Assembly: GCA_000708835.1 (NCBI GenBank) | Contig: DF236967.1 | Span: 1-64,000, forward strand | Reading direction: 5' to 3' | Origin: Klebsormidium nitens | Lineage: Eukaryota > Plantae > Klebsormidiophyceae | Length of the DNA: 64,000 nt | Part shown: positions 9,175-20,452 of the stretch, in pieces | Layout of the letters: each line of letters opens with the position of its first letter | Position numbering within the stretch: the first letter of the stretch is position 1 | Translations under genes and position numbers: made by a program | Notes under the pieces: generated by a model | Seen by the model: the letters and a program-made list of their open reading frames with translations, nothing else | Told to the model about the DNA's origin: nothing | Databases searched by the model: none

Positions 9175-12100
9175 TCATTTGGTTGGGCAAAGTTTCAGGT
9201 TGATGGCCGCCAGTTTGGTGAGGATGGTGTCGAGGGCCTCCAGATGCTTCTCCCAGGCTTCAGTGTGCACGCACGTGTCGTCCAGGTATTGGGTCGCCAC
9301 CGGCTCTGGTCCGTGAATCTCGTCGCTGAGCGTGATGTCCATCACGCGCTGGTAAGTCGCGGGCGCGCCGGTGAGACCAAACGGCATTCGCACGAATCCG
9401 CGCAGACCGTGGTGCGTGATAAACGCCGTCTTGTGGACGTCCTCGGGCGCCATGGGGATCTGCCAGTAGCCGGATTGAGCGTCCAGCATGGTGAAGTAGC
9501 GGGAGTTGCCCAGTTGGTCGAAGATGGCGTCGATTCGGGGCAGGGGGTAGTTGTCGGGCACCGTCACTTTGTTGAGGCCGCGAAAGTCGACGCAGAAACG
9601 CCATTTGCCGTTCTTCTTGCGCGCGAGCACCACGGCGGCGGCGAAGGGGCTCGCGCTGGGGCGGACAACGCCACACGCTTCCATGGGGCCCACTTGCTTG
9701 TCAATCTCCGCCTTTTCCGCGAAGCTTTGTCGGTAAGGTTGCATCTTGACGGGCTTGGAATCGCCGGTGTTGATGTGGTGGGCGAAGCCTTGGACAAGGC
9801 CCAAGTCGGTGGGGTCCCTGGAAAAGATGAGCGCGTGTTTCTCCAGGAGCGCCAGTATTTGCTCGCGTTGGGTGGGCTCCAGATTGTCCGCCAGACGGAT
9901 CTGGGGTCGGACCGCTTCCCAGTGGGTCCGTCTTTCGGCATCGCTGACGTCAGCGTTGGCAGCAGGCGGCGGGAGAACCACCGTGGTGTTGACCTCCGGC
10001 ATTTCGTCCGTCGCTCGGAATGAGTTCGCGAAATCTTGCTGCTCGGCCTCCGTGAGATTAACGATTTGGAAGCCACGCCGCCGGCGAGTCGCGAGCGGCA
10101 GAAGTAGGGCGGTTTCGTCATCCACCGGATGAAGAAGTTCGCCGTAGTGATGATGCTCAAAGCCCTCCGTGTAAAGTTGTGCCAGCATGGCGACGCGGGC
10201 GCGAGGCAGCAGGTTGTGCTCAAGGCTGAAACGAAGAAGACTCCGGGCTTCCGCCAAGGTGTGGAGTAGAATGGCACGGGTGACCGGCTTGCCTGTAGTC
10301 GGGGGCCCTTCCGGCGCTTGGTCAGGCGTGACGTCAGGTAGGGCCTCCGTTTCGCCGTGGTTCGCCGCAGGTGTGCAGCCGCTGGAGCTGTCCGCCGGAA
10401 ACGTCGTCGAGGTAGATTCTGAGGGCTCCGAAAGGTCGGAAGACGGATCGCCTGAGCTGTAGTCTGCAGGCCCGCTGTCGTCGGAGGCCACCTGAAGGCG
10501 CGCCGAAGAAGCCGCTGATGACGTCATAGCTGCGTCAACTGGTGGTCCGTTGGGGTCGGGCTCGCCTCCAGGGCCGCCGGGCTCGTTCTCTGATGGCAGA
10601 CAACTTGGTGCTTCGATTTGATACACCACTGGAACCGTGAGGGTTTGAGCCACATGCGCCTGGTAGATGAGTCCGGTGGGCGCGCCTTGGATCTGGCTGA
10701 CTTCAAGTAGCGGGAGCGAACGCCAAGCCTTCGTCTGGGGAAGCTTGAACCTGAAAAGGTCCGTTGAGTAGTCGATGACGCCGAACATGGCGCGTAGTGT
10801 GCCGACGCCGAGTAAAATCGGGTAGCGGAAGCCTTCCGCCACAATGAAGCGCGTGCGGACGTTGAGGTAGCGTCCGAATCCGACGATCGCGTCCACTCGT
10901 CCGATGCCGGTGCAGTCCGCGCCGTCGGCCACGTTAAAGCGCGCGCCGCCGCTGATGAGTTGCGCCTCTAGTCCCGACCTTCGGAAGTGGTCGGCGCTCA
11001 TCATGTCAACATTAGCGCCGCTGTCAAGCCAAGCGATGGTCCGATGACCGTCAACTCCACCCATTTTAGCGGCCACTTTCGCAATAGAGCGCCGGGGGGC
11101 GTCGGGGTCGACCTCCAAGTACTCTGCTGACGTCGTGATGATTGTGTTGACGGTCTCCACGGCGCGCAACGGGGGCAGCGTTGGGGGGCGTGGTCCGGCG
11201 GGGCGCTCCAACGTTTGTAGCGCTTTTCGAACGGTCGTTTGCAGGTCGCGAACGAGCTGGGGGCTGCCGTGCCGCACCGCCACCGCCATGGGCACCCAGT
11301 CTAAGGGAAAGCTTCCCTGAATGGTTGGCCGGTTTGCCACGTAGGCTTGTGAAGAGGCCTGCCCGCCAGCGTCTCCGGTTGGTTCGCCCATCGGGGGAAC
11401 TGGCGCCTTCGGTGGGGGTTTCGCCGGTCGTCGAGGTGGGGGCGTGGCTTTCGCGTTTACTGCAAGCGGGTTGCTTCCGTGGGGCGCCGGCGGAATCACT
11501 GGCCCCAAGTTGACGGGAAAAGGTTGGCGCTGCGCCGGGAGGAAGCGCCGGACTCCGTCAGCGACCTCCTCAGCAGCGTACACTTCGGCTAGGTGTGCGT
11601 CCTGGACAGTCTCGTCAGCAGCCAGCTCCAAGCTGTCGGCGCCGTCACAGGTGGCGGAGACAGTGTTGACAGAAGCTGGCGACTCAAAATCCGGTGGGGC
11701 TGAGTCGGACAAGTCGTCGTACGGATCGTAATCATGAGCGTAGTCGTCGTCCTCTTCGTGGCACGTGCGGCAGGGGCACTCTCCTTCGATGAGGTTGGCG
11801 CCCTTCTGATCGGAGGGGTGTGGGCACTCTCGTCGTAGGTGACCGGGCTTCCCGCAGCCGTAGCAGAGGCGCGGCTTCCCTTCGTCGCGGCGCTGGCCGT
11901 TCCACGCGGGGCGGCCGCCGTTTTGACCCGCCCTGTTGTTGTTGAACCGATTGTCGCCGCCCCGGTTGTCGCGGTTGTAGCCGCGGTCTGGCTGCTGGCG
12001 CTCGGTGCTGACGTGGCGGTTGTTGTCGGGCTCCGCGGCTGGGGAGTTTGGCTCCAACGGTGGCGGGTCTTCTACGGAGCGCACCATCGCCCGCGGGGCG

Positions 12101-12483
12101 CGCTTCGACTTCTCCTCCACCGTTTCCTTCGGTTTACGGTTTTTCGCCTCGTGGGAAGTCGCCTCGGCCGCCAGGTCTTGTGATTTGACGCGGTAATTGA
12201 GGAACTCTGCGTCCACAATCGCTTGCTCCAGAGTGGCTGGCATCCGGGTGTTGACCTGCGACTTTAGCGGCTCGCCAAGTGCGTTGATGAAGATCGTAAT
12301 CTTCACGTTCTCATCGTTGATGTTGGCTTCAAAAATGCGGTCGCGAAGTCGTTGCGCGAAGTTGAGCAGGCCCTCCTTCTCGCCCATCTTCATACTTTGA
12401 AGCTCGAAGTAGCTCTGCGACGAGTTGACCTTCGCGTAACGCTGTAGGAAAAGTCGTTTGAAGCCCTCCCAGTCGTCCACCAA
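9175..12483 (-). CDS. Gag C-terminal part, aspartic protease, reverse transcriptase
   Basis: CYGCGKPGHLRREC; WLDSGANVDMM; KWRFCVDFRGLN; LDAQSGYWQI; PFGLTGAPATYQR; YLDD. Confidence 0.95.
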   Translation of the reverse strand: MVDDWEGFKRLFLQRYAKVNSSQSYFELQSMKMGEKEGLLNFAQRLRDRIFEANINDENVKITIFINALGEPLKSQVNTRMPATLEQAIVDAEFLNYRVKSQDLAAEATSHEAKNRKPKETVEEKSKRAPRAMVRSVEDPPPLEPNSPAAEPDNNRHVSTERQQPDRGYNRDNRGGDNRFNNNRAGQNGGRPAWNGQRRDEGKPRLCYGCGKPGHLRRECPHPSDQKGANLIEGECPCRTCHEEDDDYAHDYDPYDDLSDSAPPDFESPASVNTVSATCDGADSLELAADETVQDAHLAEVYAAEEVADGVRRFLPAQRQPFPVNLGPVIPPAPHGSNPLAVNAKATPPPRRPAKPPPKAPVPPMGEPTGDAGGQASSQAYVANRPTIQGSFPLDWVPMAVAVRHGSPQLVRDLQTTVRKALQTLERPAGPRPPTLPPLRAVETVNTIITTSAEYLEVDPDAPRRSIAKVAAKMGGVDGHRTIAWLDSGANVDMMSADHFRRSGLEAQLISGGARFNVADGADCTGIGRVDAIVGFGRYLNVRTRFIVAEGFRYPILLGVGTLRAMFGVIDYSTDLFRFKLPQTKAWRSLPLLEVSQIQGAPTGLIYQAHVAQTLTVPVVYQIEAPSCLPSENEPGGPGGEPDPNGPPVDAAMTSSAASSARLQVASDDSGPADYSSGDPSSDLSEPSESTSTTFPADSSSGCTPAANHGETEALPDVTPDQAPEGPPTTGKPVTRAILLHTLAEARSLLRFSLEHNLLPRARVAMLAQLYTEGFEHHHYGELLHPVDDETALLLPLATRRRRGFQIVNLTEAEQQDFANSFRATDEMPEVNTTVVLPPPAANADVSDAERRTHWEAVRPQIRLADNLEPTQREQILALLEKHALIFSRDPTDLGLVQGFAHHINTGDSKPVKMQPYRQSFAEKAEIDKQVGPMEACGVVRPSASPFAAAVVLARKKNGKWRFCVDFRGLNKVTVPDNYPLPRIDAIFDQLGNSRYFTMLDAQSGYWQIPMAPEDVHKTAFITHHGLRGFVRMPFGLTGAPATYQRVMDITLSDEIHGPEPVATQYLDDTCVHTEAWEKHLEALDTILTKLAAINLKLCPTK

Positions 12484-14052
12484 GTTCGCGCCGGTCAGCT
12501 GGTAGTACTTGGTGTCCTCGGTGAAGTACCAAGACTCCGCTGCGTCTTGTAAATTGGCGGCGGCGGTGGTGACGAGCTGCGCGTTGGTAAACCCGGGGTA
12601 GCCCGCCTCGTCATTTCAAAACGCGAGATAAAATCTCGCGCGCGCCGGCCTTCTTCTTCGATGGTCCCTTTGAAGGGCCTCCCAATCTTCTGTGCCTGGA
12701 AGATTTTGTGGGGTGCTTGGGGATTCTCCGAGGGCGGCGCTGGCCCATAGCTGGGAATCGGGGGTCCGTACATCGCCTGCAGCCCTGGGGGGCCGCTGTA
12801 CGGAGCGCCGGGTCCGTGGCTGTAGATTCCGGTGGGGGCGTAGATGTATGCACCGTTCCGGCTGTCCGTTGGGGGGTGCTGTTGTGCGCCATAAGGACCG
12901 GCCATCGGGTAATGGGCGCCCGCCGGTGGTGGCGGCTGGTAGGGGGTCTGAGACGTCACGTAGCCGGGGTTGGTGTAAAACGGCGAGGATGACGCCGAGG
13001 GCGCGCCTGGGGGAGCCACAGGGGGTCCGCCAGCGCGTCCGTACTGGCCGGGTGGCACCGCGGTTGGGTTGAACGGAGCGCCCGGGTTCAACGGAACGCC
13101 ATATGGGTGCTGCTGAACCGGCGGTTGGTACTTGGGGCCAACAGGTGGTACACCGTGGTTCTGGTACGCGTGGTAGCCTGGGCCCATCGGTGCTGACGTG
13201 GCAAAAGGTTGGGCTGGCGCCGGTGGTGGCGCAGAGGCGGCTGCGTGGGGGCTTCCTCCTGAAGACTCCAGGTTTGGTTGGCCGGTGGAGGCGTAAGCGC
13301 CAGAATGACCAGCGTGGAACGCAGGCGCCATGGTAGGAGGGACCTCCGAGGGTATTCTGGTCGCCGGAAAGGTCGGCTGATGATACACCGCCGGTCGGGG
13401 CCCTTCTGGCGCCACGTTCTCGCCGTTGGCGTGGCCGTAAGTAGGGGGCGCTCGCGAGGGGGTGCCTGCTTGGTTGAACGTCACGGAAGCGTGTTGTTCC
13501 GGGGAAGAGGGCCTCGGTGTGGTCTGTCCCCTTGCAACTCCAGGCACGGGGGACGTGGCAGGGGGTGCCATGGGGTGCTGCACAGAGGGTCTTCCGCGGG
13601 TAGCTTGAGTGACGTCAGGTCCGCGGTAGGCGGCCGGCCCACTGCTCCTCAGCTCGGCGGCGCTCCTCGGCTTCCCTGGTCCGCTGCTGAGCTGCTTGCT
13701 GTTTCAGGTACTTGGCAAAACGTGTGATCTCGTCAGGGGTGAGATCCACAAACTCCCCCTCTGCAGGTGTGGTTCCGGTGACGTTGGAGGGGCCTGCTTC
13801 CTGCGAGTGGGCCTTTCCTCGGCGGAGTCTCTCTGCTTCGGACAGGCCCTCCTCCGGTGGGGGTCCTCCGCGAGGAAGTGGGTCTCCGGGGGGGTCCACT
13901 GCGGGGCTTCTGGGGGGTGTTGAACCTCCAGGAGGCTCTTGGTCAGGGGGATCCGCCAACGGAGAAGCAGGGGGGGTGTGCTCCCGCTGTTGCTCCGGTC
14001 CCTGATCGCCAGTGTTGTCCCTTCTGCGTCCGCGGGTGCCGGGGCCCGCCAT
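12484..14052 (-). CDS. Gag N-terminal Pro-rich region and start of capsid-like domain (frameshifted)
   Basis: Re-framing gives ...EQWAAAYRGPDV... and ...FISRFENDEAGYPGFTNAQLVTTAAANLQDAAESWYF...DDWEGFKRLF, typical of a retrotransposon gag core. Confidence 0.75.
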
Positions 14053-14101
14053 GTTCCTTTGCTAAAAGCTCAACACAAAGCAATTCCGAAGAATCCGGCC
14101 C

Positions 14102-14112
14102 CTCTGATACCA
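14102..14112 (-). other. Primer-binding site complementary to the initiator tRNA-Met 3' end
   Basis: The minus strand reads TGGTATCAGAG, the canonical plant iMet PBS, located between the LTR-like region and the gag start. Confidence 0.8.
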
Positions 14113-15094
14113 GGAAGACCACCGGAACGCTGAGACCACTAGCAGACCAAACTGCGCACCACCGCTAGCGCTCACTTCCGTATGGCTCAGAGTTATACTA
14201 ACCCACAATTAACCGTCAACGTAACTCAACGCAGAGCTACAGACAAGCTAACTATCGATTAGCAGGCAGCGGAATGTAGCGTGGGGCCCATGCAAAGCTA
14301 ACATGACAAGTGCGATATTACCGAGAAATATCGCACGAGGGAGTGTCCCATACCACTCCAGCTAGCAGTCATGTGAAGTAACAATCCGAGACAAACAATT
14401 ACAACTTGCGTAAGCTCACCACTGGCAGTGTCCCCGTAGAGTGGATCATTGTGCATTCACCATGTTGCAACACTGTGCATTCGCGGTGAAGTCCGAACTG
14501 GCTCAGAACCGAGCGGTGAAGCTGAGGCGAGAGGGTACGAGGCTGAGATCGTCAATTACGAGACTTAAGGCGTCTCGAGGGGGCCTGACAGGCTTACACC
14601 TATACAATGCCGGCAGACTGCCAGCCAAACGCTACGGAGACAAGTGTCTCTAACGAAAGCTACTAGAAGCAAGCGCCTCTCAAAACAAGCAACCAAACAA
14701 GCAACAAGTTCAATTGTGTCTACTCGTGCTAGCGTCTTACGAAGACTACCCGAACGTCTTCTTCCTGCGCTAAGACCTACTGTCCTGGTGGTACTCCGAA
14801 ACGCTAAGTCTTCGGGGCACCACTTCGGCTCGACCAATAAGCGATCAGAGTATCTTTCTACGAGTGGTTCTGCGCGACCCAAATCTATCGGACGACTCCA
14901 AGGACTAGTGGTCTTCATCGCTACCGTCAGCGACTGAACCCCACTGATTCTAACAATGACAACACTATGACATCAGCGGCGGCCGCCTAAAGCCTGCTCG
15001 CGCGCTTACTCGCGTATAACTATGGCTACGCGACCGGTGGTGTCGGACACTAGGTGGCTATCTCGGGGCACTACAGTATTCGTTGGATCTAACA
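14113..15094 (-). repeat. Probable 5' LTR (about 980 bp)
   Basis: Non-coding block between the PBS and the compositional boundary; begins TGTTAG. The 3' end lacks the usual CA, and the partner LTR is not in the window. Confidence 0.6.
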
Positions 15095-16874
15095 TCTTAA
15101 GGCTTAATGATATTTGATGAAGCATCTTTGAAGTTTGGAAATTGAACTTGTACAACGTTCCGACGCACATGATAATAATTGGCATTGGTAATATGGTAAT
15201 AATACAAATCGATTGAGTTTATACGTGAGCAATCAGATGTAAGTATCTACGTAGTAAAATAGATTTGTATCATGCACGAGTTGGATCAATACAAACATCT
15301 ACTTTCGTGCGGTCATTTGGGAAGTTCGGCACATTCAACATGATTTCAATATAAGATTGTCGGCTATTGCAAACACTGATGTGTTAGGTCTAAACTTTAG
15401 TAAGTGGATTGTTGAATATCTTCCAACTTCAACGGTTCAAATATTGTTTCAAGCTTGTCAAATCCTCCGTACGAAGGGTCAAATAGACTTCGAGATACCA
15501 TTTGCATATCACGACTAAGAAGCATGATTCAACGTAGCATCGATTGAATAGCAAATACCCCTTTTCACAATAAAATATATGGAGATACAAAATCCGGGAT
15601 TTATGCTTGGTAGATGGGTGTGTTTTCGGGGTACCGGCCGTTCGGTGGGGTTGATTGAATGCGGGTTCCATGCCCGTTTATCGGGTGGTTTTCCGGGGTT
15701 TTTGAAGATGCATAGAAGGCACCAACTCTCTTCGACAAAGTGCAAAAACCCGGCATTGGGCCTTCATTATGGGTGAATTTTCGGGGTTTGCTGTTCGTTG
15801 GTTCGTGGCCACATTACAGTTTGTACCGTGGTACATACCTACTACCGAGGAACAAATATTGAATTCCCGGAATTCTACCCGGGATTCGGCCCAATTTCGG
15901 GGTACCATATGCCCGGTTGGTGATTCCGGCGGGGCCGTGGGGGCTAGCACTAAAGCTGATGACGTGGCAGATCCGGCCGAATTTAGACACATTTATTGTT
16001 TTACGCCGACCGACCGACCCGCCCCCGAAGGGGGTGGACCGGAAACCCCATATCAAATTCGCGTAGCCTAATAGAAGTATAGCAGCTAGCAAATATGCCA
16101 GAAGTGAAGATACCGCATCAACGCGTTCAGGCTCATCGACGCATATAATGATATACTCGATGCCCGGCCAGGACAGATCGTAATATCATTGTCAACCTTA
16201 TCTACGCCACTAGCTAACGAGAGAACTTCCAGCATGACGGTATCCAGTCTTAAGCACGTCGCACATGCATGCAACTAACTGATTAGTGCTTTGAAGTTCT
16301 CTTTTGACTGTAGAGGATTAGTCACAAATTTTCGTTTAGTCCGCTTGAAGGTAGCGCGGGCAATATAGCACCTTGCAATATTTAGTGGCCTAAAACTCTC
16401 AAAATTACAGCCGATTATAAGGAGCAGAAATAAGATTCCGTACAATCCAATCATCATAGTTACAAATGATCTTTGCACCAATACAGTCAATACAGAGTCA
16501 CCTGCAATCGTCAATTGTCTCTCTGAATATCACCTTCTTAAAGTATTTTGGATACTTGCGTCTCTCTAGACCTAAATTGTGAAACAATCGGATACCTCCA
16601 TCGGCGGACAGTTAACCTAGAAACTTTCTGGTCCCCTAATTCAACAATAGAGACCCGAAGACCTCTCGACTCCTTTCAGAAACAGCTATTCATACACTAC
16701 TTGATCTTCTCTTGCTCTGTTGGCCTTTCGACAACATGTCCCTCTCGGAACGACAACTGAAAGGAGACGGAGTAGGACCCGACTCCTACTCGGCGCCTTC
16801 TTGAACTGTGCATATCGTACAAATTTGATAAAGTCGAATCTCGTGTCTCAAAAGGCTATCGTCCAGTTGTGCGG

Positions 16875-19800
16875 TTACCAAACTCCCAAGTAATTACCGC
16901 GAAGACCAAACGGCAAAGGGCCACCTGAAGAAGGTCCAAAACAAAGGTTGATCGTCAAGCAATTAGCCAGGACTTGATGGACTTTGACGTGGGCCAGACA
17001 AGCAACCCAGGCGAATTTTTCTAAGGAGCTCGATGGTTTGTTCGAACAATTATAATGCACACAGTCTATGAGACGCGACCTCAGCTCCTCGAAGTTGGTC
17101 CTCAGCTCCCAGAGTCCCATCAAGCTGCTTTTGTAAGGTAGTAACAAAGCAGGAGGAAGTTAAGCTATTCTCACCAGCGACCAGCATTTTAGTCCCCGAA
17201 GGATCATACGCATGAGAATAGATTGCGTGCTTGACGTTCTGGCCCCGAAAGTGCTGGTAATATACGTCGTTGTGCTCCTGCATTCGGAAGTTGCGGTCAG
17301 CCTCCTACATGAAACGAGGGCTAGACAAGCAAATCGCAAGCAATCATGTCCTTCGTCCTGGAATCTCTCATCCGTGCGCATAAAAGCGAGTGCTATAAGG
17401 CCCTTGCGTAGTAAACGTAGACGAATGAACGATGAGAAGGACACAAAGAAGCTGCCATAAAGAGGTGAAACCAGAAGAGGGGGGTATTTGTGTCTTACTA
17501 GGGCTCCTTTTCCGGTTTCGAAGTAGTACGACTCGGAAGGCTTTTTTCCCGAGGCCAGCTGCTCTGCGCCTTCCGGGCCCCCTGCACAATGGTGGATGTT
17601 GGCCGGGACACTCACTTGAACAACTCGAGTGTCCTCGGCTTGAAATGCAGCCAGGCAACGCACGGCGGACGGGTCACTTTCGCTTACGGATCCACGACTT
17701 CGAACAAGGTTGCGAGCTGTGGCTTGCACTTTAATATTCATCTCAGCTGGTTATAGTCATCCGAGATTAATGACTGACAAGGCAAGCGTCTTTTACCGAA
17801 CGTGCTTCCTTTCGGTGCTCTAGCACAATCGGATCTGTCAATACGACGCAACTTACGAAGGGGCAAGTACTTGAGGGTTCGCAAATCCAGGAATGATAGC
17901 CGCCCCTTTCCACCGCCTACGCTTAGGATGTCGCCTTTGAATGCAAGCGACCGGATCCCTGCGGAGAAGAACGATAAGATTGCGTCGCGTCCAGACGAGC
18001 CGCCTGTATTCGTTTCGGAAAAACCACTGTCTCTCGAACCTTGCGAGTGGACTCTTGTGGAGAAGCAAAGCGGGAAGAAGAGCGTCAGACTCGGTTTGAG
18101 GACGAGGATAAACACAGTGGCCCGTCGTATCATGGGGCACGTACCCCATCCTTCGTCGAGAGACTCTACAGAGTGCGCCACGTGACCACAGCGCATGTCG
18201 ACGAACGTGACGTGGTTGGCTGATCCGATGGCGGCGAGCGGTTGCATTACGGCCAAGGTAACCAGCTCCTTCTGGTACGGAAGCTTCACCGTCGTAATCT
18301 GTGGGAGATTAAAGGCAGTGTTGCAGGCTTTTTGAAGCAAGTCCAATGAGGCAGCAGGCGGCTTGTTTCAATCCGCACAGCTTTCTCTGATTTGGCAGAG
18401 AACAGCTACAATGCGCAGCAGTGTTCGGCTTTGCGGTTAGAGTGTGATACCTTCAAGGCAAAACAGCAGTCACACCAGTAGCGTTAACATATATCGTAGT
18501 CCACAGTTTGTGCTGAAACTTACCGACTCCATCACGTGAGGATCCCAGATCCTGAGTGTGCCATCTTGGCCCAGCGTCAATAGTTGCTGCATGTAGGCAA
18601 CGTGTTCAGTTAAAGCTGGATGGTGGAATTTTGAAACCGAGGCCTGGAAAGGACGAGGACGTCAGCTAAAACTCCAGAGGCCCGAAGCAGAGACAATGAG
18701 TACAAATTGAACTACTCATTGGGGTCAGCTGTATTAAGACGGCCGAATTCGGGTGTTAGATCCAATGGCTCATGACAAGAATGGAGCAACCAGATTTCAT
18801 TCTCTGACAATGAAACCTTTCTATTCAAGTGCTTACCTCTTTTTCAGCAGAGTAGCCTACATCTCGAACCTTTCCCCGATGATCTGCCCTCGATGCTTTT
18901 GGCTGTGTGTTCACAAATTTCCTGCCCGCTCGACAACTCCAAAGTTTTATGGTACCATCCCGAGAACCTGTGGCAATCAAATGACCGCAAGATTAATATA
19001 CCAAAACCTCCTCGAATTCTGCTGACCACAGCAAGTTAGAGTCAATCACCATGAATCGAAAGGCATCAGACATCTGGGTCAGAAAATGGTTCGAAGGACA
19101 AAGATGCTCGGCTGAAACAGTAATCTGCACAAGGACAATTCAACCCTCCAACATGCCGCTATAAGCGCGGAGGCATACCTGATACCAGCATGCTGTCAGT
19201 AACCCAGGCCGTTCCAAAGAGCCAGTCTTGATGTTTCTGCAGAGCAGATTGTTTGGGTGCTTTCAGGGCCATCTGATACAAACAACATCCATCTGTACAG
19301 AGGCCACAAGCACATGTACGCCAGTTTTGAACCTCAAAGACGGAGTGAAACGAACACGCAGATGTAAGGATTGACCTACTAGAGATCAGGCAAGCAATGA
19401 AATATTTACACTGATCCTTGATTCCAAGCTTTCCTGCTTTGGATGGAGTTCAAAATGAGCCCTGTTCATACGAGATTCAACCATCGACATTCCGTGCAGC
19501 AGAAGTGATGTAGAAATCTTGTTCAATCTAGCACATTGCTTGAGAATTGCAATGGAGGCACTTACAGATAGGACCTGCAGCGGTTCAAATGTTGGAAGCT
19601 TGAAGATTGAAATGTCATTTGGATCAGCGCCACCAGTTGCCAGCAAAGTCTGAGAGGCATTGATGGATCTGCAAGAGAGAATCGTAGGGTCTCCCATGGT
19701 GGACCTTCTGGATTTGCAGACTGCCGCCATGTGATGTCTAGCTCCTGGCTGTCCGCATTTTTGGAACTCCTTTGGTCACCGTACAGCTGTTAAGAGTCAT

Positions 19801-20452
19801 GGATGCCTTCTAAGGATGCTGAGGATGCAGAGATCATGGGCAGCCTAAAGATCATGTCCAGATCAAGACAATCTATTCAGATTCGTATAGTTCCGACATC
19901 AGAATAAACTCCACTGCATAAGCCTTGGCAAACGGGAATGTTCTCACATTGTATGTATCCCACTTCCTTCTTGACGCCGAGCTTCCTCCATCCTTCGAAC
20001 CTCCACAAGCGGTATCTCTATCTGCTTTCCCAAGAGGTCTTGCACAAAGAGCCTGTTGCACTTTGTTCCAAAGCAGATGGTGCCATCGTCAACCCATTTG
20101 GCAGCAAACACCTTGTCAATCCCTTCAAGCATGGCCACGTCCTGCTCAGGTCTCAACAATAGAGGAATGCGTGCTGCCATGGTGTCCTGGCACAGCTGCA
20201 TCCCCGACCTGCAACAGGTCAACAGAAAGCCCAAATGTATCTGTGGAACATGTTGCCAATGAACCATCTGGCTGGCAAGTTCAAGCTGAGCATCAACAAG
20301 AATTTGGCTCAAAAGCCGTATGAGGTGTTTAACTGTGTTTAACTGTATGACAACCTCCAGAATGGCTTGTGCCTTTTCAAGAGTAAGAGAGAGTTTTCGT
20401 CTTACCTTCTGACTGCAGTTATCTGCCGCTGGTACAAGTAGGACGTTGGCAT
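16875..20452 (-). CDS. DCAF12: DCAF12-like WD40 protein (CUL4-DDB1 substrate receptor), about 10 coding exons
   Basis: Spliced translation: MPTSYLYQRQ..; DKVFAAKW..GTKCNRLF; GIHT.SINASQTLLATGG; HQDWLFG; GSRDGTIKLW; KLPYQKELV; GIRSL; TGKG; HAIYSHAYDPSGTKMLVAG/GPLPFGLRGNYLGVW. All GT-AG phases fit. The start codon is uncertain. Confidence 0.85.

Larger units (their letters stand above)
5523..14052 (-). pseudogene. Disrupted gag-pol polyprotein (five coding breaks)
   Basis: The six track ORFs join into one protein across frameshifts near 13635, 12614 and 6318 and in-frame stops at 9175-9177 (TGA in K-C-x-F of RT) and 8047-8049 (TAA). The third integrase catalytic residue reads K (NGLAK) instead of E. 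Confidence 0.9.
1..15094 (-). mobile_element. Ty3/Gypsy LTR retrotransposon with extra 3' coding capacity; left end not in window
   Basis: Domain order gag(CCHC)-PR(DSG)-RT(YLDD)-RNaseH-IN(HHCC, DD, GPY) on the minus strand. PBS TGGTATCAGAG lies about 50 nt upstream of the gag ATG. The sequence switches abruptly from GC-rich to AT-rich at 15094/15095, where the minus strand begins TGTTAG. Including 1-5522 in the element is inference: same strand, similar composition, and no second LTR copy seen between 5523 and 1. Confidence 0.8.

Noticed and set aside
8803-10023. 406-aa plus-strand ORF
   Set aside because: Exact antisense of RT/RNase H; a typical stop-poor shadow frame.
16019-16090. Helitron 3' end
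   Set aside because: A hairpin is present but CTRR does not follow at the expected 10-12 nt spacing, and no 5' TC boundary was identified.
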